The notes beneath the pieces are model-generated. The model was given only the letters and a program-made list of their open reading frames with translations. It was not told the origin of the DNA and made no database searches. From NCBI GenBank assembly GCA_963677485.1, contig OY781964.1, forward strand, positions 1,472,001 through 1,536,000: DNA of 64,000 bases. The letters are read 5' to 3'. Positions 55,086-64,000 of this stretch are shown one piece after another (positions within the stretch are counted from its first letter, which is position 1; every line of letters begins with the position of its first letter). A program made the position numbers and the translations under genes. This stretch comes from Armatimonadota bacterium. Lineage in GTDB: Bacteria; Armatimonadota; HRBIN16.

Positions 55086-55826
55086 ATGGCAAATCTACTT
55101 CCACGTCGCATCGTCTCGCTTACCCCTGGTATTACGGAGATACTCTACGCCATCGGCTGTGAGCCGCAGATCGCGGCCGTGACGGTCAACTGCGACTATC
55201 CCACCATCGCCAAACGCAAACCCAAAGTGGGCGACATGCGGGCCAGTGTGGAGCGTATCATAAGCTTCCGGCCAGATATGATCATAGCCGACTCACTGTT
55301 CAACGCCTCCCAGGTTCGCAGGCTAAAGGCGCTGAAACAGCCGTTGGTAGAGATATCATGCACCAGCTTCGGCAGTGTGGGCCGCGAGATCGCGCGCTTA
55401 GGCCGTCTGACTGGGCACGCCAAACAGGCTGATGCCATCGCTGCCAAGTTTGTAGAAGCGGAACGGAAACCGAAGCGAGGCACCCGCCGGGCACTGTTCA
55501 TTTTGTCACCCAACCCGCTGCCGCTGTGGGTGGCGGGACACGACACCTACGCCAACGAGATGTTGAAGCTGGCGGGATACATCAACACCTCGGAAAAAGG
55601 CGGCAGGAACTATTATCAGCTCAGTACGGAGTCGGTGATGAAGCTCAACCCTGATGTGATTTTCGTGGTGGGCTCGGCCGCCGATGTGCAGCTTCTGCGT
55701 CATCACCCGGTGTTCAAACAGATGAATGCCGTGAAGCGGGGGGCAGTCTACACTGTGGAACCCAACCTGTATGTGCGTAATAGTCCGCGCCTGTTACAGG
55801 GTTTGGAGTTTCTGAAACGCCATTAG
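55086..55826 (+). CDS. BtuF-like cobalamin/iron ABC substrate-binding protein
   Basis: RIVSLTPGITEILYAIG, CDYP, ERIISFRPD, NPDVI, AVKRGAVY. Confidence 0.9.
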   Translation: MANLLPRRIVSLTPGITEILYAIGCEPQIAAVTVNCDYPTIAKRKPKVGDMRASVERIISFRPDMIIADSLFNASQVRRLKALKQPLVEISCTSFGSVGREIARLGRLTGHAKQADAIAAKFVEAERKPKRGTRRALFILSPNPLPLWVAGHDTYANEMLKLAGYINTSEKGGRNYYQLSTESVMKLNPDVIFVVGSAADVQLLRHHPVFKQMNAVKRGAVYTVEPNLYVRNSPRLLQGLEFLKRH

Positions 55827-55900
55827 ATGAATCCCATCAACGATGTCAGGTATCTTAAGAATGGGCAACTTCAGTCTGTTCCTATGATAAGGAGAATCAC

Positions 55901-56752
55901 ATGATCCCCAAAAGGCCATACGGTAAACACGGCGATAAGCTATCGATCATCGGGTTCGGAGGCATTGTGGTGATGAACACACCACAAGAGCAAGCCAACC
56001 GAGCCGCACGCGAGGCCTTTGATCAAGGCGTCAACTACTACGATGTCGCACCCTCATACGGTAACGCCCAGGAGATACTGGGACCGGCCATAGAGCCATT
56101 CCGCAACAAGATATTTTTAGCCTGTAAAACGGAAAAGCGCACCGCGAAAGAGGCGCAGGTGGCTATGGAAGACTCCTTCCGCAAGCTGCGGACCGACCAT
56201 TTCGACCTCTACCAGTTGCACGCCATGACCACCAAAGACGACCTTGAGCAGGCATTTGGGCCGGGTGGTGTGATGGAGACTGTGGTGAAGGCAAAAGAGC
56301 AGGGCAAAATCCGGCACATCGGCTTCAGCGCACACAGCGAGGAGCTCGCTTTGGAACTGCTGAACCGCTTCCCATTTGAAAGCGTGCTTTTTCCGTTAAA
56401 CTTTGTCACGTTGTTCCATGGCAACTTCGGTTGGAAACTGCTGGAAGAGGCCCCCAAACGTGGTGTGACCCTTCTATCACTGAAGGCGATGGCCAAAACA
56501 CCCTGGAAAGAGGGGCAGCCACACACGGTTGAAAAGACCTGGTATGAGCCGCTAACCGACGCCGCCACCGCAGAGCTGGCCGTGCGGTATGTGCTGTCAC
56601 TTCCGGTGACCGCCTACCTGCCTCCGGGTGATGAGAAGCTGTTCCGAATGGCCCTGCCCTTTGCCCACCGTCACAAACCGGTGACGGAAGCCGAGAAGGC
56701 CAAGCTGAAGAAGCTGGCCATGAGCATGGTGCCCATTTTCCCGCAAGGCTGA
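55901..56752 (+). CDS. Aldo/keto reductase
   Basis: IGFGG, YDVAPSYG, LACKT, DLYQLH, IRHIGFSAH. Confidence 0.93.
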   Translation: MIPKRPYGKHGDKLSIIGFGGIVVMNTPQEQANRAAREAFDQGVNYYDVAPSYGNAQEILGPAIEPFRNKIFLACKTEKRTAKEAQVAMEDSFRKLRTDHFDLYQLHAMTTKDDLEQAFGPGGVMETVVKAKEQGKIRHIGFSAHSEELALELLNRFPFESVLFPLNFVTLFHGNFGWKLLEEAPKRGVTLLSLKAMAKTPWKEGQPHTVEKTWYEPLTDAATAELAVRYVLSLPVTAYLPPGDEKLFRMALPFAHRHKPVTEAEKAKLKKLAMSMVPIFPQG

Positions 56753-56772
56753 TCCTGGCTGCAACCCGTATC

Positions 56773-56808
56773 AACGCCCCGGCCATCACGGCCGGGGCGT
56801 TTTGTTTT
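56773..56808 (+). terminator. Intrinsic terminator
   Basis: aacgccccggcc-atcac-ggccggggcgtt + T-rich tail. Confidence 0.8.
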
Positions 56809-56879
56809 GTGGTAGTTATAAGACGGGCAAGATGAGTAGGACGAGTAGGACATGGGTTAACGACCTGCAGTTTGCGGCC

Positions 56880-57290
56880 CATTCGTGTGCATTCGCGGTT
56901 GCTTACGAACTATACCAGCGCGACCAAATACCTTTGCACCATTGCACCTTTGCGTTGGATCCCATCTGCGTTCAACCGTGTGCATCCGCGGTTACTTCCG
57001 AACTATACCAGCGCGGCCAAACACCCTTGCGCCTTTGCACCATTGCGCCTTTGCGTTGGATCCCATCCGCGTTCATCCGTGTTCATCCGCGGTTACTTCC
57101 GAACCATACCAGCGCGTCAAAATGCCCTTGCGCCTTTGCACCATTGCGCCTTTGCGTTGGATCCCATCCGCGTTCATCCGTGTTCATCCGCGGTTACTTC
57201 CGAACCATACCAGCGCGTCAAAATGCCCTTGCGCCTTTGCACCATTGCGCCTTTGCGTTGGATCCCATCCGTGTGCATTCGTGGTTGAAA
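56880..57290. repeat. Tandem array, four units of 93-101 bp
   Basis: gcggtt anchors at 56895, 56988, 57089, 57190; units built from cctttgcg 8-mers and atccgtgtt 9-mers. Confidence 0.92.
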
Positions 57291-57318
57291 AGATCCCCCA
57301 GTAGCCGCCAACAAACCC

Positions 57319-59256
57319 TCACTTTCCCGCCAGTTTCAGCCACGCCAGGCAATACTCCGCATGGCTCCAGGTCAGCGGTGCCACGTAGATCGCCGCGCCA
57401 GTGAAGGGGTTTACCTGCTCGGGAAGTGCTCCGCCCTCCAGTTGCCGTTCGCACGCCCAGTACAGCCACTGCCTGGCGCTTAAGACATCCTGACTCGTGG
57501 TGCTCATCATAGCCTTCGCCCGCGCCAGCCACAAACTGCATATCACCCAGGGGTTGCCCTGCAGATCCAGGCTCACCCGATGGTAGTAGTCATCTTCATA
57601 CCTCGCCAGCCCGCAGACAGGCGATTTCACCAGCAGGTTCTTCTCCAGACACGCCACCATCCGAACCGCCCTGGGGTCATCAGCCGGTATCAATCCGTAG
57701 AGGATAGCCGCCAATTGCGAGCTGTCCAGGGTGCGGTCGACCGTCAGCTCACCGTCTGAGGCGACGGTGACCATCCGCGCGAAGGCACCCTCATCCTCCA
57801 TCCAAAAATGCTTGATGGTCGCCTGCCTGATCTCCTCTGCCGACTTTTGGAACAAAGCAGCATGAGGCTGCTGCAGCGTCTCTAATAGTTGGCCCACCTC
57901 ATATAGTGCTGCGACGATACAGCAGCAGCTCCAGATGTGCGCGCCACGCCGCTCTTCCCAAAGGTCGTAGCTAGGTTTTGGCAGACCGGTGTTCGGGTCT
58001 ACATAACTCCGCAAGCTGTTTGCGATGGGCAGCAGCAAGGATTGCACCAGCAGCGCACATTCTGCCGTGACAGGATGACGCCGGATGTGCCGGCAAAGCG
58101 CCCATGCCACCAGCGCACTGCCGTCCTCCTGCACCGGCAACTGACTATGCCCGTTCTCAATAAACGGGTGCCAACTCGCCCCCATGCTGCCATCTGGACA
58201 GTATTTTTGCAGCAGAAAATGCGGTTCGTGCGGCAGGATGCGCCCGCAAAAATCAAAGAAGCGTTCCGCGATCTGCATGTATCCCAACTGGCTGAGCGTA
58301 TCGGCCACTATGGCTCCATCGCGAGGCCACATATAGCTGTAATGCGCGCGCGCTGTGGCCATGATGTCGCTATCGTTGGCGGCTAGAATCGCCCCACCGG
58401 CATCGATTTGGTTGCGCATCTGGATGATGCTCTGCTGCAGCAGACTGTCCAGAGTGCTGCAGGCCTTGTGTTCCGGCAGTTTGGCTTGTGCGACCCAGCC
58501 TTTCCATAGGTGGCGGGTTTCCTCAAATAGATGGTCAAACCCACGCTCAAAAATGGTGCGATGCAGCGACTGCACCTCGTGATGACTTCCTCCAGCCACA
58601 ATCCACAACCTGGCGATACGCTCATCGTCCGGGCCTATGTCGGCTTTCCATCCTAATGACGAATCGACAGATCCCTGCTCAATGGCGTTGCCGCCCAACT
58701 CACCATCTTCACAATCGCGCCAGGTTCCTTCGCTGCCCGCCCACCGCTTCATGCCACACGAGTATCCAAACGGGTGTTGGTGGCCAAAATTACCACTTCC
58801 CAGAAGCCACACATCACGTTTATAATGCACGATGCTGTGCGTATTGGGGTCATAGAACACCGTATCGCCGATGTCACTTTCAGAGATGTTGAAGTCATAG
58901 CTCATGAACAGGCGTATTTCTCGGGGATTGTCGACGCGATTTTGGACTTCCACCCAGCGCAGCCAGATGTTTTCGGTACGGCAGAGAGTATCGCGCAGCT
59001 TTAGCTCAATGGCGAGCTCACTGTGTACAGCCTTCACATGGCTGACAGGAGCGTCTGGCTCATTGCTGCCCGTAATCTGCCACACCGGGTCATCCATCCA
59101 GCTAAACTGGCCTTCTGCCCAAACGCCCATGCGCACGCGGTTACCTGCCAAATGGTTCAACTGCCCGACATGCGGGTAGGTTAGGTCGCGGATATTCAGG
59201 CGGGAATCCTCCGCTACCAGCATATTGCCATTAGCGAATGTATAAGGTCTCGGCAA
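57319..59256 (-). CDS. Glycoside hydrolase family 15 protein
   Basis: YMWPRDG, QED, DLWEER, GLARYEDD, LPEQV, PLTWSHAEY. Confidence 0.93.
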   Translation of the reverse strand: MPRPYTFANGNMLVAEDSRLNIRDLTYPHVGQLNHLAGNRVRMGVWAEGQFSWMDDPVWQITGSNEPDAPVSHVKAVHSELAIELKLRDTLCRTENIWLRWVEVQNRVDNPREIRLFMSYDFNISESDIGDTVFYDPNTHSIVHYKRDVWLLGSGNFGHQHPFGYSCGMKRWAGSEGTWRDCEDGELGGNAIEQGSVDSSLGWKADIGPDDERIARLWIVAGGSHHEVQSLHRTIFERGFDHLFEETRHLWKGWVAQAKLPEHKACSTLDSLLQQSIIQMRNQIDAGGAILAANDSDIMATARAHYSYMWPRDGAIVADTLSQLGYMQIAERFFDFCGRILPHEPHFLLQKYCPDGSMGASWHPFIENGHSQLPVQEDGSALVAWALCRHIRRHPVTAECALLVQSLLLPIANSLRSYVDPNTGLPKPSYDLWEERRGAHIWSCCCIVAALYEVGQLLETLQQPHAALFQKSAEEIRQATIKHFWMEDEGAFARMVTVASDGELTVDRTLDSSQLAAILYGLIPADDPRAVRMVACLEKNLLVKSPVCGLARYEDDYYHRVSLDLQGNPWVICSLWLARAKAMMSTTSQDVLSARQWLYWACERQLEGGALPEQVNPFTGAAIYVAPLTWSHAEYCLAWLKLAGK

Positions 59257-59325
59257 GTGTCAACCTCCTAAGGGTGGTACACTAATTATAAAATAGCTTG
59301 ATTGCATCAGGCTAACGGAGTAGTT

Positions 59326-60054
59326 ATGTATCAATCTTCCGGCGGCTTACGCAAGACAACCTTGGACATCCTGAACCATCCCAACCAGGTCACCCTGGAT
59401 ATCGAAACCACCGGTCTAGACCGTGATGGCGACGATATCACCATCGTCACACTCTATACTGAGACCGCGTCACGCAAACAAGGTGCGATATATGTCAATA
59501 CACAGCGTGGTGATGAACTGGAGGCTCTGGCCCCTCTGGCGGAAGGTGCCGAACTCTACGGTTACGACCGTATAGTGGTGAAGCCGTTCGACGAGTTTAT
59601 CGCATGGGCGAGTTCCGAGCGGATTGTAGTGACTTACAACGGTGAGCGGTTTGACTTACCGTTCATACGCTCGTTTATCCGCAGATATCGGCGTCGACAG
59701 TCGGCTCAGCAGTTGAGTCTCTTCGGCGAGGAGATGACAGGCTCGTTGGCGGAAATCCCGCCGGTCGATCTTAGTCACTGGTGTCATTCCGATCTATATC
59801 GCGATATGGCCATGCATATGAAGCCATATCTTAATGTACCCAATTTGCGCCTGAAAACACTGCTTTCGTGCCTAAATATTCCGCGGCATCCCTTAGTGGA
59901 GGACAGCCATGGAGATGACGCGGTGGTGTTGTGGAGTCGCTGGCTGGCCAGCGGCGACCCCGCCTTTTTACAAAAACTCAGCCTCTACGGGCTGGAAGAT
60001 GTGCGCTGCACTCACGCATTAAGCCAGAAGCTTCTGGCCATGCTGCACAAATAA
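59326..60054 (+). CDS. RNase H-like (DEDD) exonuclease, YprB-like
   Basis: LDIETTGL, VTYNGERFDLPFI, YGLEDV. Confidence 0.88.
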   Translation: MYQSSGGLRKTTLDILNHPNQVTLDIETTGLDRDGDDITIVTLYTETASRKQGAIYVNTQRGDELEALAPLAEGAELYGYDRIVVKPFDEFIAWASSERIVVTYNGERFDLPFIRSFIRRYRRRQSAQQLSLFGEEMTGSLAEIPPVDLSHWCHSDLYRDMAMHMKPYLNVPNLRLKTLLSCLNIPRHPLVEDSHGDDAVVLWSRWLASGDPAFLQKLSLYGLEDVRCTHALSQKLLAMLHK

Positions 60055-60068
60055 CGGAGGTTCCATCC

Positions 60069-60563
60069 ATGTATGAGCGTTATTGCGTCGTGAACAGCGA
60101 CCAGGTGACCGCCGTCAGGTCATCCACAGGCGCGCTGCGCGTCACCATCGGTAAAGATTTGAGCATCCTGGATGCGGTCATCATGCGCTGCTACCCGCAG
60201 TCAAATCCTGACGAATGGATCAGTGTGCGTGATGGCGCCAGTAAAGAGGTTTGCCTGCTGGAGACCATGCGGCACATGAAGCCCGATTCGCGCAGGCTGA
60301 TTGAGGAGTACCTCACCGACCGCTACTTTGTGCCGATGATCGAGCAGTTGAAGAGCGTCAGCGTCTCTGCAGGCATTCTCGCGCTCGACGTGGTCACCAA
60401 CCGCGGGGTAGAGACGGTGTTCATCAAAGACTTCGCGCAGAATATCCGCTGGTTGACCGTCTACCACCTTGTGATCACTGACATTGAGGGCAACCGCTTC
60501 GATATCCCAGATAAGCGCAAGCTGGACCCCAAACTGCTGCTGGCACTGGAGCGTGCTCTGTGA
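60069..60563 (+). CDS. DUF1854-like protein
   Basis: RCYPQSNPDEWISVRD..KEV, RYFVP.I, TNRG, DIEGNRF; SD ggagg. Confidence 0.8.
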   Translation: MYERYCVVNSDQVTAVRSSTGALRVTIGKDLSILDAVIMRCYPQSNPDEWISVRDGASKEVCLLETMRHMKPDSRRLIEEYLTDRYFVPMIEQLKSVSVSAGILALDVVTNRGVETVFIKDFAQNIRWLTVYHLVITDIEGNRFDIPDKRKLDPKLLLALERAL

Positions 60564-61297
60564 CATCCGGCGGGTGGGCAGATGCGGTGATGGATCTGCT
60601 TTGCCCACCCCGTTGTGCCGCCTGCCGGTCTTTCGGAACCGGCCACTGGTGCGCCAGCTGCCAACCCCTCATCATTTGGAACAACAACCCCGTGTGCTCG
60701 CGTTGCGGTGCACCGGGCGGCATCCCCTGCGAAGCCTGCCTTACCCGTCCCCCCGCCGGAGCCATGCGCCGCTCAGCCTGTTTATACGCCGGCCCCGTGA
60801 GGCAGGCCATCGTGCAGATGAAGTATGCCAAACGCGACCGATGCGCAGTGGCTTTAGGCGAAGCGATGGCTGAGGCCTGGGTCTGGCCCTCGCTATTGCC
60901 TCTGCACGACGCGGAGCTGGTGATACCCATGCCCACCGGCCGCTGGCGCAGCTTCAGCCGGGGCTTCAACCAGGCGGAGGTGATCGCGGAGGCGTTTGCC
61001 AAACGTGTGGGGATGCCGTTGGAGTTGGGTCTGCTGCGCCGGCGAAGCTTTGGCAGCTCACAAACCCGCTTTGGGGCGTGGCAGCGGATGAGCAACATTC
61101 AGGGTGTGTTTTCCGTGCGTAAGCCGGAGCTGGTGCGGGGACGCAAGATATTATTAATTGACGATGTTTGGACCACCGGGGCGACGCTGAATGAGGCCAC
61201 CGAGGTGCTGATGAGTCACTGTGCCGAGTGCGTGTTCAGCTACACCGCCGCGTATGACGTGAACGCCCTCAGCCGCACCGCCGTCCTGGGCTGGTGA
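60560..61297 (+). CDS. comF: ComF family protein (zinc ribbon + PRTase)
   Basis: CxxC pairs, RGFNQA, LLIDDVWTTGAT. Confidence 0.92.
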   Translation: MTSGGWADAVMDLLCPPRCAACRSFGTGHWCASCQPLIIWNNNPVCSRCGAPGGIPCEACLTRPPAGAMRRSACLYAGPVRQAIVQMKYAKRDRCAVALGEAMAEAWVWPSLLPLHDAELVIPMPTGRWRSFSRGFNQAEVIAEAFAKRVGMPLELGLLRRRSFGSSQTRFGAWQRMSNIQGVFSVRKPELVRGRKILLIDDVWTTGATLNEATEVLMSHCAECVFSYTAAYDVNALSRTAVLGW

Positions 61298-61316
61298 GGG
61301 GGGTGATTCGGGAACG

Positions 61317-61725
61317 ACTCACGCTGAGACGCGGAGGGCGCAGAGGGGTAATGACCGCGGGGGTATTTGTCTGAACCACGGATGACGCGGATTAACAGGA
61401 TTACATGGATGGGAACACTTAACGCAAGGACGCAAGGGTGCAAGGACGCAAAGGGGGTAATGACCCTGGGAACGCCATTCTCCTGAATGGCTCCCTACCC
61501 ATTCGTGTCAATTCGTGTGAATTCGTGGTTAATAAGTCCCGAATCAAAACCACGAAAGAACACAAATGGACACGAATATGGGCCCGCTGCAGATTGCATC
61601 TCCCTCTCCATCCGAGCCATCCATGCCATCCGTGAAATCCGTGGTTCAGCCAAGTGGCCCGGTCTGGCGGATAGCCCACGAAATGTAACGCAAAGGCGCA
61701 AAGGCGCAAAGGTGCAAGGACGCAA
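61317..61725. repeat. Composite 8/9-mer repeat cluster
   Basis: tctgaaccacggat arm, cgcaagga arm, attcgtg/cacgaa pair, atccgtg arm, cgcaaagg arm. Confidence 0.85.
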
Positions 61726-62008
61726 GTTATGTAACAGCGATGTCGACGTCAAGCTCCGTAGGGACGATGCCTTGTGTTCACCCATAATGGTGTTTCGATG
61801 AACGTCCCTGCCGCCGCCGTATTAGTTCCTTTGGCTCGACCGGTACTACCGGTTGGCATACTTGACAACCATATCTGAAAAGGGTACAAATAGCCTGAGC
61901 AGACTAGTCAAGCAAGCGTTCGCTAACCACTAAACCAACTCGCACAAAATGCCCAACGACGTTGGCAACTCACACCATGTGACTAATCGGGTAAAGGACT
62001 GAAACATT

Positions 62009-62527
62009 TTGAAAACAAAGATATGCAGAAACCATGTAAGGATTTCTCTCACTATCATTGGTGTTGCTTTAGCAATAGGACTTGTAGGTTTTATGGTCAA
62101 CAATATCTTGGATGCACATATTTATATAGAGCTTCCTGAAGATTATGTGATTTTCGAGACGGATTCCGGGGCCATATTGAGATATAAACCCGAGATCGTA
62201 GAGGCAAATGTAAAAGATCCGGAGATACGCACAATTGGCCCAAAAGTAGGAGGCTATCGAGTATATCATCAAGTGATAGTGGGACTGATTACACCGCGAA
62301 TGCGTGAACAGGAATACTTGAATTATGGTAGGTCCAACAATGAAGACAGGATGGGCTATTTCATAGTTGATCTGCATACAAAGAGTGTATATGGCAGTTT
62401 GAGTAAACGGGACTGGATGGCGAAGCTTAAAACATATGGGATCACTACGGAACCGGAACTTTTCGATCCTTCCTGGCGTGACGAGAAGCTTGGACGCAAC
62501 AAGCCACAAGCGAATGATGCACGATAA
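62009..62527 (+). CDS. Hypothetical protein with N-terminal TM
   Basis: SD aagga, upstream TTGACA; AT-rich; GYFIVD..T..VYG.L motif. Confidence 0.75.
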   Translation: MKTKICRNHVRISLTIIGVALAIGLVGFMVNNILDAHIYIELPEDYVIFETDSGAILRYKPEIVEANVKDPEIRTIGPKVGGYRVYHQVIVGLITPRMREQEYLNYGRSNNEDRMGYFIVDLHTKSVYGSLSKRDWMAKLKTYGITTEPELFDPSWRDEKLGRNKPQANDAR

Positions 62528-62647
62528 CTACGGCATCGACGCTCGCTATATGTTGACGGTAGTTAATAATGCCTTCAAGTGCAGGTCTGTCACCATCGAA
62601 GGCGGCATCCCATCCATTGCTTCGGTATATGCCGTAACCGCCGCATG

Positions 62648-63180
62648 GTGCCCACCGTCCGCTTCAGCGGACCGGTAATGGTCAGCGATGGGTGACGAGG
62701 CCCACTTTAGTGGGTTGATGGAACCCGTCGCCGATAGCGGTAGGCTTGATATCCGCAGTTCAGACAACAACCGTGCCGAACGCCAACCGACGAGGAAAAA
62801 GACCGGCGCGGTCTTGTGACCACAGTAGCCGCTAACCAGCTGCCAGACCGCCCCGGACATAGCCATTACGGTCGACCCATCCCCAAAATCCGTGGTTCAG
62901 ACAAATAACCGCCGCAGGGTGCCCATCGTCCGCTTCAGCGGACCGGTAATGATCAGCGATGGGTGACGAGGCCCACTTTAACCCGTCGCCGATAGCGGTA
63001 GGCTTGATATCCGTGGTTCAGACAACAACCGTGCCAAACGCCAACCGACGAGGAAAAAGACCTCTGCGCCTTTGCCCCTTTGCGTCTTTGCGTTGAATCC
63101 CATCCGAGTCATCCGTGGTTCAGACACACACCTGCACCGGTCTTAACCTCATCTGCGTAATCTGTGTAATCTGTGGATAA
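62648..63180. repeat. Direct repeat (62648-62805 vs 62919-63062) plus 8/9-mer arms
   Basis: gtgccca.cgtccgcttcagcggaccggtaatg...cgccaaccgacgaggaaaaagacc present twice. Confidence 0.88.
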
Positions 63181-63201
63181 CTCTCCCCATCCCCCGGCCG
63201 A

Positions 63202-64000
63202 CTACTGCCAGAACATGTAGGTGGGGATCTCGTGGATGATCCCAATGATGTTCACAATGCTACCCACGGTGAACTGCCCCAGCATCAGCCCATAGCACAG
63301 CGGCAGCAGCCGCTGGAAGCCCTGCAGACCGCCATACCGGAACACCACGCTTTTGACCATCCATGCGATGAACAGCGGCATCCAAACCAGGTTGATCTCC
63401 CAGTTTCCGCTGATGGCAAACCCCAGCGGGTGGAACGGCCACCAGGGGAAGGCCATGCGCATGCTTTGCAGTATCACCGCGATCAGCAGCCCCACACCCA
63501 GCGCGATGCCCGCCTTGGGGTTGGCTGGGGTGGGTGCTTGAACCCAGCCGTTCATGCGGTTCCAGGCCTCAAAGCCAAAAAACTTCGCAAACACCTTGGC
63601 GTTCATGCCGTAGTGATACCCCAGTTGCAGGATGGCGATGAAGGCGCAGAATATCGCCAGAACACCGGCGTAGATCATCGCCCAGAACCAGGCGCTCTGC
63701 TTGCTGTTGGTGCGCTGCGCCATCTTCATCGCTTCCATCTGGTGGGGCATGGGGTGCGCGCGGTAGGCCCTGTTGAAGCTGTACATAATGCTCATCGCGG
63801 CCAGGTCACTGCCTTTGTAGCCTGAACTGCCCGCCAAGTCGGTCATGATGTAGTCCGGCCCTGTAAAGTGGATGTCATGGATCGGTGTGCCCATCTCGGC
63901 CCGCATGCGGGTGATGGCCACTGCCAGCAGGAAGTAGATGCCAAAGAACACCGGCGGAACCCACCAGCTCATGCCCATGTAGAGGCACAGCAGCATCAAG
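63202..64000 (-). CDS. Polytopic membrane protein, DUF6785/DUF6784-like (5' truncated)
   Basis: RMRAEMG.P, FPWWPFHPLGF, FIAWMVK..V.RYGG. Confidence 0.85.
   Translation of the reverse strand, partial: LMLLCLYMGMSWWVPPVFFGIYFLLAVAITRMRAEMGTPIHDIHFTGPDYIMTDLAGSSGYKGSDLAAMSIMYSFNRAYRAHPMPHQMEAMKMAQRTNSKQSAWFWAMIYAGVLAIFCAFIAILQLGYHYGMNAKVFAKFFGFEAWNRMNGWVQAPTPANPKAGIALGVGLLIAVILQSMRMAFPWWPFHPLGFAISGNWEINLVWMPLFIAWMVKSVVFRYGGLQGFQRLLPLCYGLMLGQFTVGSIVNIIGIIHEIPTYMFWQ

Noticed and set aside
56880-57290. Possible CRISPR array
   Set aside because: Units repeat along their whole length with no unique spacers; no cas genes in the window.

Overview
Positions 1 to about 26.1 kb are the right part of an HK97-like siphovirus prophage: terminase, portal, protease, capsid, head-tail and tail genes, an immunity cassette (SieB-like, cI, cro), a run of small early genes, a frameshifted excisionase and a tyrosine integrase. 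The rest is GC-rich host chromosome whose gene content is suggestive of Armatimonadota (inference only): URO-D-like proteins, amidohydrolase, M24 peptidase, AlbA_2/HATPase protein, gyrA, GH2, GH15, AKR, BtuF-like, DUF1854-like and ComF. Main observations: (1) a translationally coupled three-gene operon in which a radical SAM/SPASM enzyme with an RRE-like N-terminus follows a single-pass membrane protein ending in a codon-diverged (CHSA)n tail with 10 Cys and 10 His, a candidate RiPP-like system acting on a large membrane protein; (2) AGGAGnn heptamer arrays, often with inverted counter-arms, at prophage gene boundaries, supplying stop codons and flanking an endolysin gene that looks like an inserted cassette; (3) a phage LRR protein built of 12 near-identical DNA units varying mainly at exposed strand positions; (4) signs the prophage may be grounded (xis frameshift, atypical cI cleavage motifs); (5) host intergenic DNA full of composite 8/9-mer arrays and REP-like palindromes, some shared with the prophage. 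All calls come from reading the sequence; no searches were run.
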